IMG/VR virus record: IMGVR_UViG_3300010373_000008
Span: 1-63,081 of that record
Length of the DNA stretch: 63,081 bases
Reading direction: 5' to 3' (one strand)
Source of the DNA: a virus
Shown here: positions 24,442-34,565 of the stretch, piece after piece
Layout: the number at the start of each line of letters is the position of its first letter
How positions within the stretch are numbered: position 1 is the stretch's first letter
Position numbers and translations under genes: made by a program
Notes under the pieces: generated by a model
Seen by the model: only the letters and a program-made list of their open reading frames with translations
Database searches by the model: none
Told to the model about the DNA's origin: nothing

Positions 24442-25390
24442 CTTGACAACTGATACTCTCTCCGAACAAGACGCAGAGAAATTGTTTAACGATGCATATA
24501 ACAGCGTTTCTGGTAAAGCACCATCAGAAGAAGTTGTAGTACCACCAGCAGTAGTAGAACCTACTCCTGAACCAGAGGTTGAGCCGAAACAAGAGGAGCC
24601 GCCTGCTCCTATTGAAGAGCAGCCCCAAACCCCAGATCCTGTAGACGCATGGCTTAAGGATGCACCTGAAGAGGTCCGTCAACGCTACGTCAAGGAACTA
24701 ACAGACTTTAACGCCAATCGCCAGAGGCAGGCCGGATTACAGCGGCATCTAATGGAAGCTCGTCAAGAGCTTGAGCGTGTAAGGGGGCAAGTTAAAACTG
24801 CTCCTCCAGTTACTCCGGTCGCGGAGAAACCGTTGGAGAAGTGGAAGGCATTGACTGAGACGGATTCGGAACTTGCACTTAGTGTAGAGGAACGCATCCA
24901 ACGAGCAGTCGAACAGGTAAAACTAGAGGTAGAACAAAAGCTGACACATATTACTGCTCCTCTAGTGACGAGTCAGTATGATCAGTATATCGAACGCGAG
25001 GTTAATCTGCTTAAGCAGGTAGTACCCAACTATGAAGAAGTCGTAAATCACCCTCAGTTTATTGACTGGATCTCCCATCAATCCGCTGATGTTCAGAACA
25101 AGTATTCTACTTCCGTCAATCACCAAGACGCAATTCAGATTATGAAGCTGTATGATTATGACCTACGTATTAATGGCTATGTACCGCCCCAACAGAGCAC
25201 TCCGGCAGAGTCACCCAACCCGCAGGCAGATGCTATTGCCGCTCAGCGGGCAGCTAGAGTTTCCTCTTCAGCTCCTACTACAAGGGCCGCAGTTAAGGTA
25301 CCAACACGGGATCCTAATGCACCTATGACAGAAGCTGAAGAAAAGGAAATCTTTGAAAAGGCTTACAACGCGGCAAGTCGCCGCACATAA
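24407..25390 (+). CDS. Scaffolding protein candidate
   Basis: Pro/Glu-rich N-terminus and helical, charged remainder, immediately upstream of the capsid gene. The start may be TTG at 24443. Confidence 0.5.
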   Translation: MRLSQELTGLHNLTTDTLSEQDAEKLFNDAYNSVSGKAPSEEVVVPPAVVEPTPEPEVEPKQEEPPAPIEEQPQTPDPVDAWLKDAPEEVRQRYVKELTDFNANRQRQAGLQRHLMEARQELERVRGQVKTAPPVTPVAEKPLEKWKALTETDSELALSVEERIQRAVEQVKLEVEQKLTHITAPLVTSQYDQYIEREVNLLKQVVPNYEEVVNHPQFIDWISHQSADVQNKYSTSVNHQDAIQIMKLYDYDLRINGYVPPQQSTPAESPNPQADAIAAQRAARVSSSAPTTRAAVKVPTRDPNAPMTEAEEKEIFEKAYNAASRRT

Positions 25391-25408
25391 CTACTAAGGA
25401 AATGAATC

Positions 25409-26419
25409 ATGGCTTCTAATGCCTATATGACTTATAATGATCCGGGTATTGCCCCCCAGATCGGCATCGTAAAGATTGCCGAACTACTTGCCCGTATCGA
25501 ACCGATCACTATCACAGATAAGTACAGCTCATTTACACCGCTCCCGAAGAATCGTGGTGAGGTTATTAAGTGGCGTCGTATTCGTCCGATGGCTGTTAGC
25601 ACGGGCGTTCTTACTGAGGGCGTTACTCCGGCACCGAGCCAGTTCGGATATGACAGTGTTACTACTGTTATTCAGGAATTCGGCGTGTGGGTACAGTTCA
25701 CTGATAAGATCGCAGATCTACACGAAGATCGTGTGTTCAACGATGCGATGACTGCTATTGGTGATAACATTGCCTCCACCAAGGAAGCTATTATCTGGGG
25801 TCAGTTGCGCGGCGGTACGCAGGTATTCTACGCGAACGGCACTACAGTAGGTGGTATCAATACTCCGATCACTGCTAATCTCGTAGCTGCTGGTGTCAAT
25901 CTACTTAAGCGTAACTATGGTAAGAAGATCACCGATCGCCTCGCGGCGGGTCCGGGCTTCAATACCAGTCCGGTTAATGGCAGCTATGTAGCTTACGGAC
26001 ACGTTGATGCTGAGAATGATTACCGTAACATCGACGGCTTTGTCCCTATTGAAGCCTATGGTAGCTTCAAGCCTATTGATGAGCATGAGATTGGCAAGGT
26101 TAACGAAGTACGTATTCTCATTAGCCCGCAGCTTACTGGTGATGTCGGCGCTGGCGCTACTGTTGCTGGCACTGGCATGCGCTCTGAGGGTGGTACTAAT
26201 GTTGACGTTTACTATACTGTAATCGTTGCTAAGGATGCCTACGGTACTGTAGCTCTCAAGGGCATGAAAGCTGTTGAGATGCACGTTGAACAGCCTCGTA
26301 TGCAGAATGGCGATCCGCTCGGTCAGCGCGGCTTCGTAGCAGCTAAGTACTGGTTCCAAGCACTGCGTCTAAATGAGCTTTGGATGGTCCGCCTTGTTCA
26401 CGGTGTCACAGCTCTCTAA
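25409..26419 (+). CDS. Major capsid protein (HK97 fold, N4-gp56-like family)
   Basis: 336 aa with LTEGVTPAPSQFGYDSVTTVIQEFGVWVQFTDKIADLHEDRV, plus gene order. Confidence 0.7.
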   Translation: MASNAYMTYNDPGIAPQIGIVKIAELLARIEPITITDKYSSFTPLPKNRGEVIKWRRIRPMAVSTGVLTEGVTPAPSQFGYDSVTTVIQEFGVWVQFTDKIADLHEDRVFNDAMTAIGDNIASTKEAIIWGQLRGGTQVFYANGTTVGGINTPITANLVAAGVNLLKRNYGKKITDRLAAGPGFNTSPVNGSYVAYGHVDAENDYRNIDGFVPIEAYGSFKPIDEHEIGKVNEVRILISPQLTGDVGAGATVAGTGMRSEGGTNVDVYYTVIVAKDAYGTVALKGMKAVEMHVEQPRMQNGDPLGQRGFVAAKYWFQALRLNELWMVRLVHGVTAL

Positions 26420-26435
26420 TTTAAAGGAAATATAA

Positions 26436-27011
26436 ATGGCTACTATTCTTGCTCCCTCTTATCGTAAGGGTACTGTACTTCGTCCGGCTGATCAGACTCA
26501 GCCGAATGAGGCAGACTTTACGTTGTACTTCCCTAACGGGACTGCCGCGTATAGCGGCGGTGATATTGTTAAGATGATTCGTATTGGTGAGGGCGTCACA
26601 GTCCTAGCCGTTGAACTAGATGTTAACGGTTCTCTTGCTACGTCAGGTCTCACACTTGATGTAGGTACGGATCTAGTTGCTGACTGCTTTATTGATGGCG
26701 CAACCATCGGTAATGCGGCAGGTGGTATTGTAACTGTCATCGGAGGCTTGCCTACAACGTCCGGCTTTGCTGATGGTTACATTGCTCCGAGTAATGCCGT
26801 TCGTGATATTACAGTTAGTTTCCTAGGCACCCTAACAGGTCCAGTAACTAACACTGTACGTTCACTGACTATGCGTATCAAGTACGGCTATCAGCTACCT
26901 GAAACTATCGTCACTGGTGTTACTGATCAGACTTATCCGTTTGCCGGTTCCAAGATTGTATCTCCGGCTAGTACTTTCAATTACAACGGTCAGGCTTATC
27001 CGTTTGCGTAA
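26436..27011 (+). CDS. Virion protein (head decoration candidate)
   Basis: 191-aa Gly/Thr-rich ORF directly after the capsid gene. Confidence 0.45.
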   Translation: MATILAPSYRKGTVLRPADQTQPNEADFTLYFPNGTAAYSGGDIVKMIRIGEGVTVLAVELDVNGSLATSGLTLDVGTDLVADCFIDGATIGNAAGGIVTVIGGLPTTSGFADGYIAPSNAVRDITVSFLGTLTGPVTNTVRSLTMRIKYGYQLPETIVTGVTDQTYPFAGSKIVSPASTFNYNGQAYPFA

Positions 27012-27053
27012 TAGCTATACCCTCAGTACCTGAGGTTCGTCACAACGAGAGAA

Positions 27054-27080
27054 GGCTCCTCCCCACCTGGGGAGGTAGCC
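27054..27080 (+). terminator. Strong hairpin after the capsid/decoration genes
   Basis: GGCT-CCTCCCC-acct-GGGGAGG-(t)-AGCC, preceded by CCTCAG-tac-CTGAGG at 27021..27035. The T-run is weak. Confidence 0.35.
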
Positions 27081-27102
27081 CTTGGTATCTAAAGAGAACA
27101 TA

Positions 27103-27702
27103 ATGGTCGATACAACAAAGCTACGAGAAGATCTAGAAAACATGACTATGGGCGAAGTTCGCAAGCAAGCAAGCACCGTCCACGGAATTAAAGCATTACC
27201 CCAGCATACTAAGCTAGAGATCATCGATATGATCTGTGCTCATGCTACACGTACTGACACTGTACGTTTGTCCAATGGTGCTCTACAGCCGGGCTATGCT
27301 CGGGTTCGTCTGCATCAGACTGAAGGCCGCAGTGATGCGGATGTACTTTGGAATGTTAACGGACAGAACTTCTTCGTTCCTATGAATAAAGAAGTAGATG
27401 TACCTATTAAGTTGTATGAAGCAATCAAAGCTGCACAGGAAGATACTTTCTCGCAGGATAAGAGCAAGCGTACTGATAACCTAGAATCTAATAATGATAT
27501 TCAAGGCACGCGTCGCGATAGCTATCCTTATTCTGTAATTGGAATTGTACCCGGTCCAGATCCTCGTCCTACTCCTTGGGAGAAAAGCCGCGACCGCGCG
27601 CTAGCTGAATACGAGGAGTTCCGGAAAGAGAATGAATACTGGCCAAGCAAAGAAGCTCTACGAGCTTGGAAATTAAATAAGTCTAATGAGAAGCGTAATT
27701 AA
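27103..27702 (+). CDS. Hypothetical protein with an N-terminal Rho_N/SAP-like helix motif
   Basis: MTMGEVRKQASTVHGIKALPQHTKLEIIDMI. Confidence 0.45.
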   Translation: MVDTTKLREDLENMTMGEVRKQASTVHGIKALPQHTKLEIIDMICAHATRTDTVRLSNGALQPGYARVRLHQTEGRSDADVLWNVNGQNFFVPMNKEVDVPIKLYEAIKAAQEDTFSQDKSKRTDNLESNNDIQGTRRDSYPYSVIGIVPGPDPRPTPWEKSRDRALAEYEEFRKENEYWPSKEALRAWKLNKSNEKRN

Positions 27703-27717
27703 TAAAGGCAATTAAGA

Positions 27718-29103
27718 ATGGCAAAGAAGACGTACGTACAACTTGTAAATGATGCCATTCTAGAATCAGGGGCCGACTTGGCCCTTTATTCAAATGATGG
27801 TACTGATTTCGTAACTAACACTACTTCCCTGATGGTGAAGTTTAAAGGATGGACAGCAAGGGCGTGGAAGACTATCCAGCAGGAAGCTGATGACTGGCAT
27901 TTTCTAACAAGCCGTGGCGTGGTAAACACCGGCCCCGGTATTATGTTCTACACAGAAGGTGTTATTCCGGGAACTGTACCTCCTACGGTAGATATCTACG
28001 ATGCCGATGATGTCATCAAGGTTAATGCATTATCCATTCGTAATATGACAGATCTTACTGGCGGCTACAGCTCAGAAGATCCATCTAAAAACTACGGATA
28101 CGTAAAGATCGCGGAAGCATCTCAGCCTGTGAATTTTACACTTAAGCCGGGCAATGACTACTTCTATTTGAATGGACGATTGATACAGTACACAGCGGGA
28201 ATGAACACCAATCTATTTTACGATAGAGGTACTACTCCCGGCTCAATTGTATCAGTAGTATTCCGTAATGCAGTTACCATGTTGAATCCAAGAGCATTCA
28301 ATAATGCAGCTACTATCACTGACATGGAACCGTTTACTCAAGATTATACCCGAGGTACTGATGGGTTCGCTTTCACCTCTAATAATAAAGAACTCAACAG
28401 ACTAATACAAGATGCAATCAATAGGTCGATTGATTATGAAATTGCGCTATTTCAGTACCCCTTAGATAGCTACACTCCATACGAATATATAAATGGTGCA
28501 GACCTCGATAATCCTATTCTGTTCACTACATTAGCCGCTGGAGATCCACTATCTATAGATCTTATCGATTCCAAAGCATACGTGCATAGTTGGCGCAGTT
28601 ATGATTGGAATGAGGAATTAGGACCTGATGATTTCACAGATCATGTTAAGGAAGTCAATCAAGCTACCTACAAGATCATCAGCAAATCTAGTCCAGAAAC
28701 CGGCAACAGCATTCCTCTTCTGTGTATTCCTTGGCAGGGATTCCTAGAGCAGGTATCTACTAGCCAGAATATGACATCTGAGCCTAGGTTTATTTCAGAA
28801 GATTCACAGGGACGCTGGGCCTTATGGCCTCATCCTAAAGAGGCGGTGACGATCACATTTGATTACACTCGTACTCCTCAAGTACTAGCTAACTTCGACG
28901 ATGTTCCTCAGCACTTACCTAGTGAGTATGAAGATCTAATCATGTGGCGAGCCTTGATGTTCTACGCAGAGTACGATGAACAGCCGTCAGTTCTACTAAG
29001 GGCAAAGAAGAACTTCACAGATATCTTGTATAGATTTGAGAAACAAAAGCGGCCTAAGTTTACATTTCGACCAGCTCGGTTTATTGTAAACGACTACTAC
29101 TAG
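27718..29103 (+). CDS. Virion structural protein
   Basis: 461 aa, in the structural module. Confidence 0.5.
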   Translation: MAKKTYVQLVNDAILESGADLALYSNDGTDFVTNTTSLMVKFKGWTARAWKTIQQEADDWHFLTSRGVVNTGPGIMFYTEGVIPGTVPPTVDIYDADDVIKVNALSIRNMTDLTGGYSSEDPSKNYGYVKIAEASQPVNFTLKPGNDYFYLNGRLIQYTAGMNTNLFYDRGTTPGSIVSVVFRNAVTMLNPRAFNNAATITDMEPFTQDYTRGTDGFAFTSNNKELNRLIQDAINRSIDYEIALFQYPLDSYTPYEYINGADLDNPILFTTLAAGDPLSIDLIDSKAYVHSWRSYDWNEELGPDDFTDHVKEVNQATYKIISKSSPETGNSIPLLCIPWQGFLEQVSTSQNMTSEPRFISEDSQGRWALWPHPKEAVTITFDYTRTPQVLANFDDVPQHLPSEYEDLIMWRALMFYAEYDEQPSVLLRAKKNFTDILYRFEKQKRPKFTFRPARFIVNDYY

Positions 29104-29114
29104 GAGATTCATGA

Positions 29115-32100
29115 GTGGCAACTACTAACCAGTACACTCCGCAAATCGTGGGGCTGGAAGGGGGTCTAGATTTCACGACTCCTAAACTAGCTGCTACTCC
29201 AGGATCACTATCCGATTGCTATAACTTTGAAGTAACTGACCGTCTAGGCTACGCTCGTATCATGGGATACGAGCGCTTTGACGGAAGCTTTGCTCCTAGT
29301 TTAGCATACACTAATTCTATTACTCTGATCCACGATCCTGTAGTTTATTCTATTACACCTTACCCTGTACGGTCTCCAGTATTTCTAGCTACTGATCCTA
29401 TCAATACTTTCGGTACTGTGGTACAGGCAGGAGCTACACAGACAGTTGTGGCAGTATCTAACTTCCAGAAGTTTGAGGCTCTACTGTATTTCCTACAGGG
29501 ATTATCCTCAGAGACATCTGTAGAGATGACAAGTCCTATCGGAAGCCAATCTTGGATTGTAACTGGATATCTTCTTAATGCTGGAGCAGATGCTAGAGCT
29601 ACAACTATCTTACGTAATACTCAATTCAATAATCTATCTTCTTATGTAGACACTCCTGATTCAGAAGATTTTCAATCTCCGGTGATAGGTTTGAGATTGT
29701 ACAAAGATCGTCTGTATGCGATTCGTAATCTAAATCGTGTATACTTTCAGGAAGGCAACAACGAGCCTTTCCCCGGACAAATCCTAAAGCACATAGAACT
29801 AGGAATGCCTATTGAGATTCCTGTACTAGATATCACAGTAACAGCAGGAGATTGGGAAACAGGAGATGCTGAAGGGTATATCTTAACGTATGCTCCGGAT
29901 GGTCAATTATCCTATACACTAGACAACGCCACTACTAGCATCTCAAATGTCCTTACTATAAAGGGTATCCAACCTAGCGCCGCTGATTTAATTCAGGATG
30001 TAACGCAGGCTGGTATATGGGTATCTGGAGATACTACTAATCCTACATGGACTCCCGTAGATATGGGATACGAGTTCTCTTTCAGGAATGGTACATCTAA
30101 CGGTCCTCCTATGACTTACTTCAGAGGATCCTTGGTTGGCTCAGGACCTGAGACTCAGACCAAAGCTTCAGTGGCTACTAATGTATCACTAGGAGCTACA
30201 TGGAGTGCTGTAGGAGGAACTCCTGTACAGGCTTTAGCTAACAAGGATGACTTGGTATATCTAACACGTACCTCCAGTTCTATAAATCCCGGAACACAGG
30301 GATACGTGAGTACCTACAATTTCGATTCAGCTATTAATGTTCCTGCTGATGCTACTATACAAGGTATCAAAATTACCATAAGAGGAGCTGCTACAGGCAC
30401 AAGTGCTACTAAGAGATTCGATGTACAGCTATGGAGTCCTGCTGCTTTCCTAGGAACTGCCAAGTCAATAAGCTTCTCCAATACACTAGAAGATTATGTA
30501 CTAGGAGGAGAGGGAGATACATGGGACGTAGCTGACATAAGAGCTGCTCTGTCTCTACCCGATTTCGGCTTTACTATCAATGCATATCAGAGTGCTGCGA
30601 ATCCAGCTACTTGGGTTTATGACTACGCTGAGATGGCAGTTACGTACACTAGGACTATTGAGAACTACTACTTCTGGAATGGTACTGATGATGTACGTGC
30701 TGAGATTACAAACTACTTTGTAGACGAAGGCGATTGGACACTTAACAATGCTCACGGTTTTATGCAGGTAGCTAGCATGAGCAAAGTAGGAGCTGGTACG
30801 CGTACCTACATTACCGCTGGAGATGAAATCCGTACTCTTCCGGGGGGCGCTGGAGTAGTAATCGCCACAGTAGAAAGCAATGCTAAGTACGCTACATTGC
30901 CGGGTCTTAAATTACTAGAGCAGAATGATAGTCGTTATCAGATGATCGTAGCGAACTTCTACGGCAACGAGGATTGGGAAGCTATATATGGAGTTAGTGG
31001 TGCAGGCCGCGGCTTTAGTTACGATGGCTATTATTTCCGTAGGTTATTTACTGGACTATCTGAAGAGATTGATAAACCACGCCACGTCATCTTCTTCCAG
31101 CACCATCTAGGTCTTGGGTATCGAGCAGGCAACCTTACACTGTCTGTGATTGGAGAACCTGAGAACTTCGATGGAGCAGCAGGAGCTAGCTCATGGGATC
31201 TTGGTGATGCTGTGACTGGATTGATTCGTATGAATGGATCTACTCTGGGCATAGCTTGTAAAGATTCTATCAACAGCTTGACTGGATCTAGTATCGATGA
31301 CTTCTCCGTGCGTTGTATTAATCCGTACGAAGGTGCTATTGAATACACAGTTGCGGACATCGGTAAACCAGTGTACTGCTCCTACAAAGGTGTTTCCTTA
31401 TTTGAACAGACAGCAGCTTACGGCGATTATCTAGGAGTTAGATTGAGTGCAGGTATTACTAGCTGGTTGACACCTAGGTTACAGGGAAGAGTTCCTCCTA
31501 TTGATATCTTCACAACGGAGGTAGCTAAATCCGGAGGCTCTCCAGTTGCCGGCACGTACATCCGACAGACTACTTCTATAGGACCTCTTGTAGCTATTCC
31601 AGTTAGATCTAAGAACCAGTACAGACTCCTATTCAAGGATGGTACTGTTATGACCATGACTTTGATGGGAGTAGAACAGAAGCCTGTATTTACTTTCCAA
31701 GCTGCCATTGTTCATAACAATGATTCGGAAGCATTCAATGCCCCCTATTCTAACTTCATACCCAGAGCTGAATGTTCTTCGGTAGATAGTCTAGGCAGAG
31801 AGCGTATCCACATGTCTCATTACAACGGTCCTAGAGATAGACCTACAGGTTCTAATCCTTGGTACGTCTATGAGTTTGAGAGGTCTTGGACTTTCGATGG
31901 TAGAGGTATCCCAGCTTATTTCATTACTAACTCTAACTTCAAAGATCAGCCATTTACATTTGGTAAGATCGAGAAGATACGTGCTAATGGATTAAGTTAT
32001 GGATATGCTCCATGTAGAGTATTGGCTAGCGAAGGTTATCTGAATGCTGATCCATCTAGAGTAGGACAACAGGAGATCCAGGAAATAAATCTTCCTAGAG

Positions 32101-32309
32101 CACCTGCTAAGTTCCTAGCTTCGGATTTTGTTCCGTTCACCAATATAGCTAACGTTCCCAAAGAAGGTACAAGTTTCAATCTCACATTCCTATCCTACGA
32201 TACTCTGGGAATTATGAATCCGTTTGACTTTAAGTTAGCAGATCCTTGTCCGCCATTCGCCGTACAGACCCTGCTATTACAAACCCTAAGCGCTAAAGGA
32301 GATGTTTAA
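29115..32309 (+). CDS. Large virion/tail structural protein
   Basis: 1064-aa ORF with a GTG start. Confidence 0.55.
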   Translation: MATTNQYTPQIVGLEGGLDFTTPKLAATPGSLSDCYNFEVTDRLGYARIMGYERFDGSFAPSLAYTNSITLIHDPVVYSITPYPVRSPVFLATDPINTFGTVVQAGATQTVVAVSNFQKFEALLYFLQGLSSETSVEMTSPIGSQSWIVTGYLLNAGADARATTILRNTQFNNLSSYVDTPDSEDFQSPVIGLRLYKDRLYAIRNLNRVYFQEGNNEPFPGQILKHIELGMPIEIPVLDITVTAGDWETGDAEGYILTYAPDGQLSYTLDNATTSISNVLTIKGIQPSAADLIQDVTQAGIWVSGDTTNPTWTPVDMGYEFSFRNGTSNGPPMTYFRGSLVGSGPETQTKASVATNVSLGATWSAVGGTPVQALANKDDLVYLTRTSSSINPGTQGYVSTYNFDSAINVPADATIQGIKITIRGAATGTSATKRFDVQLWSPAAFLGTAKSISFSNTLEDYVLGGEGDTWDVADIRAALSLPDFGFTINAYQSAANPATWVYDYAEMAVTYTRTIENYYFWNGTDDVRAEITNYFVDEGDWTLNNAHGFMQVASMSKVGAGTRTYITAGDEIRTLPGGAGVVIATVESNAKYATLPGLKLLEQNDSRYQMIVANFYGNEDWEAIYGVSGAGRGFSYDGYYFRRLFTGLSEEIDKPRHVIFFQHHLGLGYRAGNLTLSVIGEPENFDGAAGASSWDLGDAVTGLIRMNGSTLGIACKDSINSLTGSSIDDFSVRCINPYEGAIEYTVADIGKPVYCSYKGVSLFEQTAAYGDYLGVRLSAGITSWLTPRLQGRVPPIDIFTTEVAKSGGSPVAGTYIRQTTSIGPLVAIPVRSKNQYRLLFKDGTVMTMTLMGVEQKPVFTFQAAIVHNNDSEAFNAPYSNFIPRAECSSVDSLGRERIHMSHYNGPRDRPTGSNPWYVYEFERSWTFDGRGIPAYFITNSNFKDQPFTFGKIEKIRANGLSYGYAPCRVLASEGYLNADPSRVGQQEIQEINLPRAPAKFLASDFVPFTNIANVPKEGTSFNLTFLSYDTLGIMNPFDFKLADPCPPFAVQTLLLQTLSAKGDV

Positions 32310-32311
32310 TA

Positions 32312-33100
32312 ATGCCTAGCTATCAGGATCGATATGGCAGGTATCAGAGTCAGGGAACGGCAGGGACCTCAGGTCCCCTGCCTCCCGGCTTTACTGGTAA
32401 CCCCGGCCAAGCATACACTAGACAAGTACAACCTAATGAACTTGTATCTAACAATCTAACAGGATTACTAGCCCGCAACAATCCTTACATTACACAAGCG
32501 GAGCAGGCCGGTACCCGGCAAGCCGCTGCTAGGGGAGGGCTAAACAGTTCTATTGCAGCAGGAGCAGCTAGAGGAGCGGCTATTCAGGCAGGTCTTCCGA
32601 TTGCTCAGGGAGATGCTCAAGCGTACGGAAACGCTGCTGGTCAGAACCAAGACGCACTAAACACCGTCCTGACTACTGGCATGAATAATGCTACTAGCAT
32701 GTACGGTGCTGATCAGTCTCTTGCGGGTACTATGTACAATGCAAACATGAATCTCACTGGACAGCGTGAGAATCTAGCCTATCAAGGCGAGCAGCGTGGA
32801 TTGGATCGTACCTTTGAGGATTACATGTCTCAGCAGGGATTCAGTCAGCAGCAGATTAGAGACGCCCAGCAGCAGGGTTATGGTATGCAGAACTTAGCGG
32901 CGCAAGCTGGCTTTGGACTGCTAAACAATAATCAGAACTTCAGATATAACGCAGCATTGCAGGGAATGAATAATCCATATATCATGAACAACCAAGAAGC
33001 TTTTGGTGGATTTATGAATTGGGCTGGCGGTGACGCCAACGCATATATGAATCAGCTATTCCAGTTTGCATTCGGCGGATTTGGCGGAGGTAGGCCGTAA
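32312..33100 (+). CDS. Gln/Asn/Gly/Ala-rich low-complexity virion protein
   Basis: 262 aa. Confidence 0.5.
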   Translation: MPSYQDRYGRYQSQGTAGTSGPLPPGFTGNPGQAYTRQVQPNELVSNNLTGLLARNNPYITQAEQAGTRQAAARGGLNSSIAAGAARGAAIQAGLPIAQGDAQAYGNAAGQNQDALNTVLTTGMNNATSMYGADQSLAGTMYNANMNLTGQRENLAYQGEQRGLDRTFEDYMSQQGFSQQQIRDAQQQGYGMQNLAAQAGFGLLNNNQNFRYNAALQGMNNPYIMNNQEAFGGFMNWAGGDANAYMNQLFQFAFGGFGGGRP

Positions 33101-33435
33101 TGTCTTGGACTTCATGGTTCAGTAGTGATGATGACGGATCAGATAATTCATGGTGGGGCTACGCAATGGCCGCTGCTTCTGAGTACGCTGATTCCGAAGG
33201 TAAGAAGAAAGACAAGAAGAAAGATTTCGAGAATCAACTGAAGCTACTTCGAGAAAGATACGCACTTGAAGATCAGTACAAACAAATTGAAGGCCAGAGA
33301 TTAGCGGATTCCTATAAAGGATATGCTCAGTACAATCAACCTACTGATGCTACGTCAGGTAACCCTACTAATCCTATGCAGGCTTTTAGTAACCAACCTC
33401 AAGGACTATTGAACTATGGCCGATACGGTCGATAA
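33100..33435 (+). CDS. Hypothetical protein
   Basis: 111 aa. Confidence 0.5.
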   Translation: MSWTSWFSSDDDGSDNSWWGYAMAAASEYADSEGKKKDKKKDFENQLKLLRERYALEDQYKQIEGQRLADSYKGYAQYNQPTDATSGNPTNPMQAFSNQPQGLLNYGRYGR

Positions 33436-33862
33436 TGACATCGCCTATGCGGCAGTAATGAATACTGTCTTTCAGGGCGGAGGTCTACAGCAGATTCAGC
33501 AGACTCTTCAGGGAGTACCTGATCCAGTACCAGCATTGGCTAACATGATCTTCAGCCTATTGTCCACCGCCCGCGAAGCTAGCCAGTCTATGAATCTAAA
33601 TCCTAAGATCTGGACTAGCGCCGGAGGCGTATTGGATAGAGTTACCAAAGATATCTGTCAGCTAGCAGCTAGCATGGGAGTACAAGGAGCAGATACTCCT
33701 GACTTCGGTGTAGCTGTTAAAGCAGAGATTGTTAATCTCATGAAGGCACAGGATCAGGCGGGAGATACGGAGGTGCAACCTAGTCCGGGACTATTAGCTC
33801 AAGCTGTAGGTCCCCCTCAAGGACAAGCACCTCCTCAAGGTGGAGGTATGATGAATGGCTAG
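33416..33862 (+). CDS. Hypothetical protein
   Basis: 148 aa. Confidence 0.5.
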   Translation: MADTVDNDIAYAAVMNTVFQGGGLQQIQQTLQGVPDPVPALANMIFSLLSTAREASQSMNLNPKIWTSAGGVLDRVTKDICQLAASMGVQGADTPDFGVAVKAEIVNLMKAQDQAGDTEVQPSPGLLAQAVGPPQGQAPPQGGGMMNG

Positions 33863-34553
33863 TTCAGGACTACTTGCCGCTTTAGGCGGAGCTGCTAAGT
33901 ATGGCTTAGCTCAAGAATCTCGTAAGCAAGATGAGGCTTCTGAAGAGCGTAAGTTACGTCTAAAGCAGCAACTAGAACAGCAGTTGTGGGAAGCTAAGAC
34001 TAACTACGCTAAACAGAATCCTACCTATCAGAAATTCATTACAGATGAATCCACAGGTGATACTATTGGATTCGATGAGTTCGGTGGATCTAAGTTGCTA
34101 AGAGAAGCTAGCCCAGAAGAGAGGGCTAGACGAGCGGAAGCGCGTGATCTAAATAAACGTAGCATTGAATCTGATATGAGTTACAAAGATGCTCAGATCG
34201 GACGTATGAAAGTAGAGGCAGAAACTCTACCAGCGTATCGAGAAGCTTTATCCAAACGAGCATTACGTCCTCCTCAGCCTAGAACCCCTCCTGTAAAACA
34301 ACAGCCTCTAGACGAAGAGCTAACAGCTAATGCTATCAAGCTAGTCAAGCAACTCAACCCTGATTATGATGGAGCTAATACACCTTTACCTGAGGATCCA
34401 GAATACGCGGACTATTGGGCAGAAGTACAGCGTATCAAATCCGCTCTGGCAGCTAAGAAGGGATTACTACCTCAAGCTACACAGACTAACGATTTTGATT
34501 CTCTAGTACCGTCAGGCGATGCTATGATCAAGAGTGACCTATTCAGCAATTAA
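33855..34553 (+). CDS. Hypothetical coiled-coil protein
   Basis: 232 aa, rich in charged residues. Confidence 0.5.
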   Translation: MASSGLLAALGGAAKYGLAQESRKQDEASEERKLRLKQQLEQQLWEAKTNYAKQNPTYQKFITDESTGDTIGFDEFGGSKLLREASPEERARRAEARDLNKRSIESDMSYKDAQIGRMKVEAETLPAYREALSKRALRPPQPRTPPVKQQPLDEELTANAIKLVKQLNPDYDGANTPLPEDPEYADYWAEVQRIKSALAAKKGLLPQATQTNDFDSLVPSGDAMIKSDLFSN

Positions 34554-34565
34554 CGGAGCTAATCA

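Noticed and set aside
25901-26359. Antisense ORFs inside large genes as coding (for example 25901..26359(-), 31031..31360(-), 41775..42119(-), 44259..44552(-))
   Set aside because: They are fully embedded opposite well-supported structural genes, have biased low-complexity products, and have no independent start signals.
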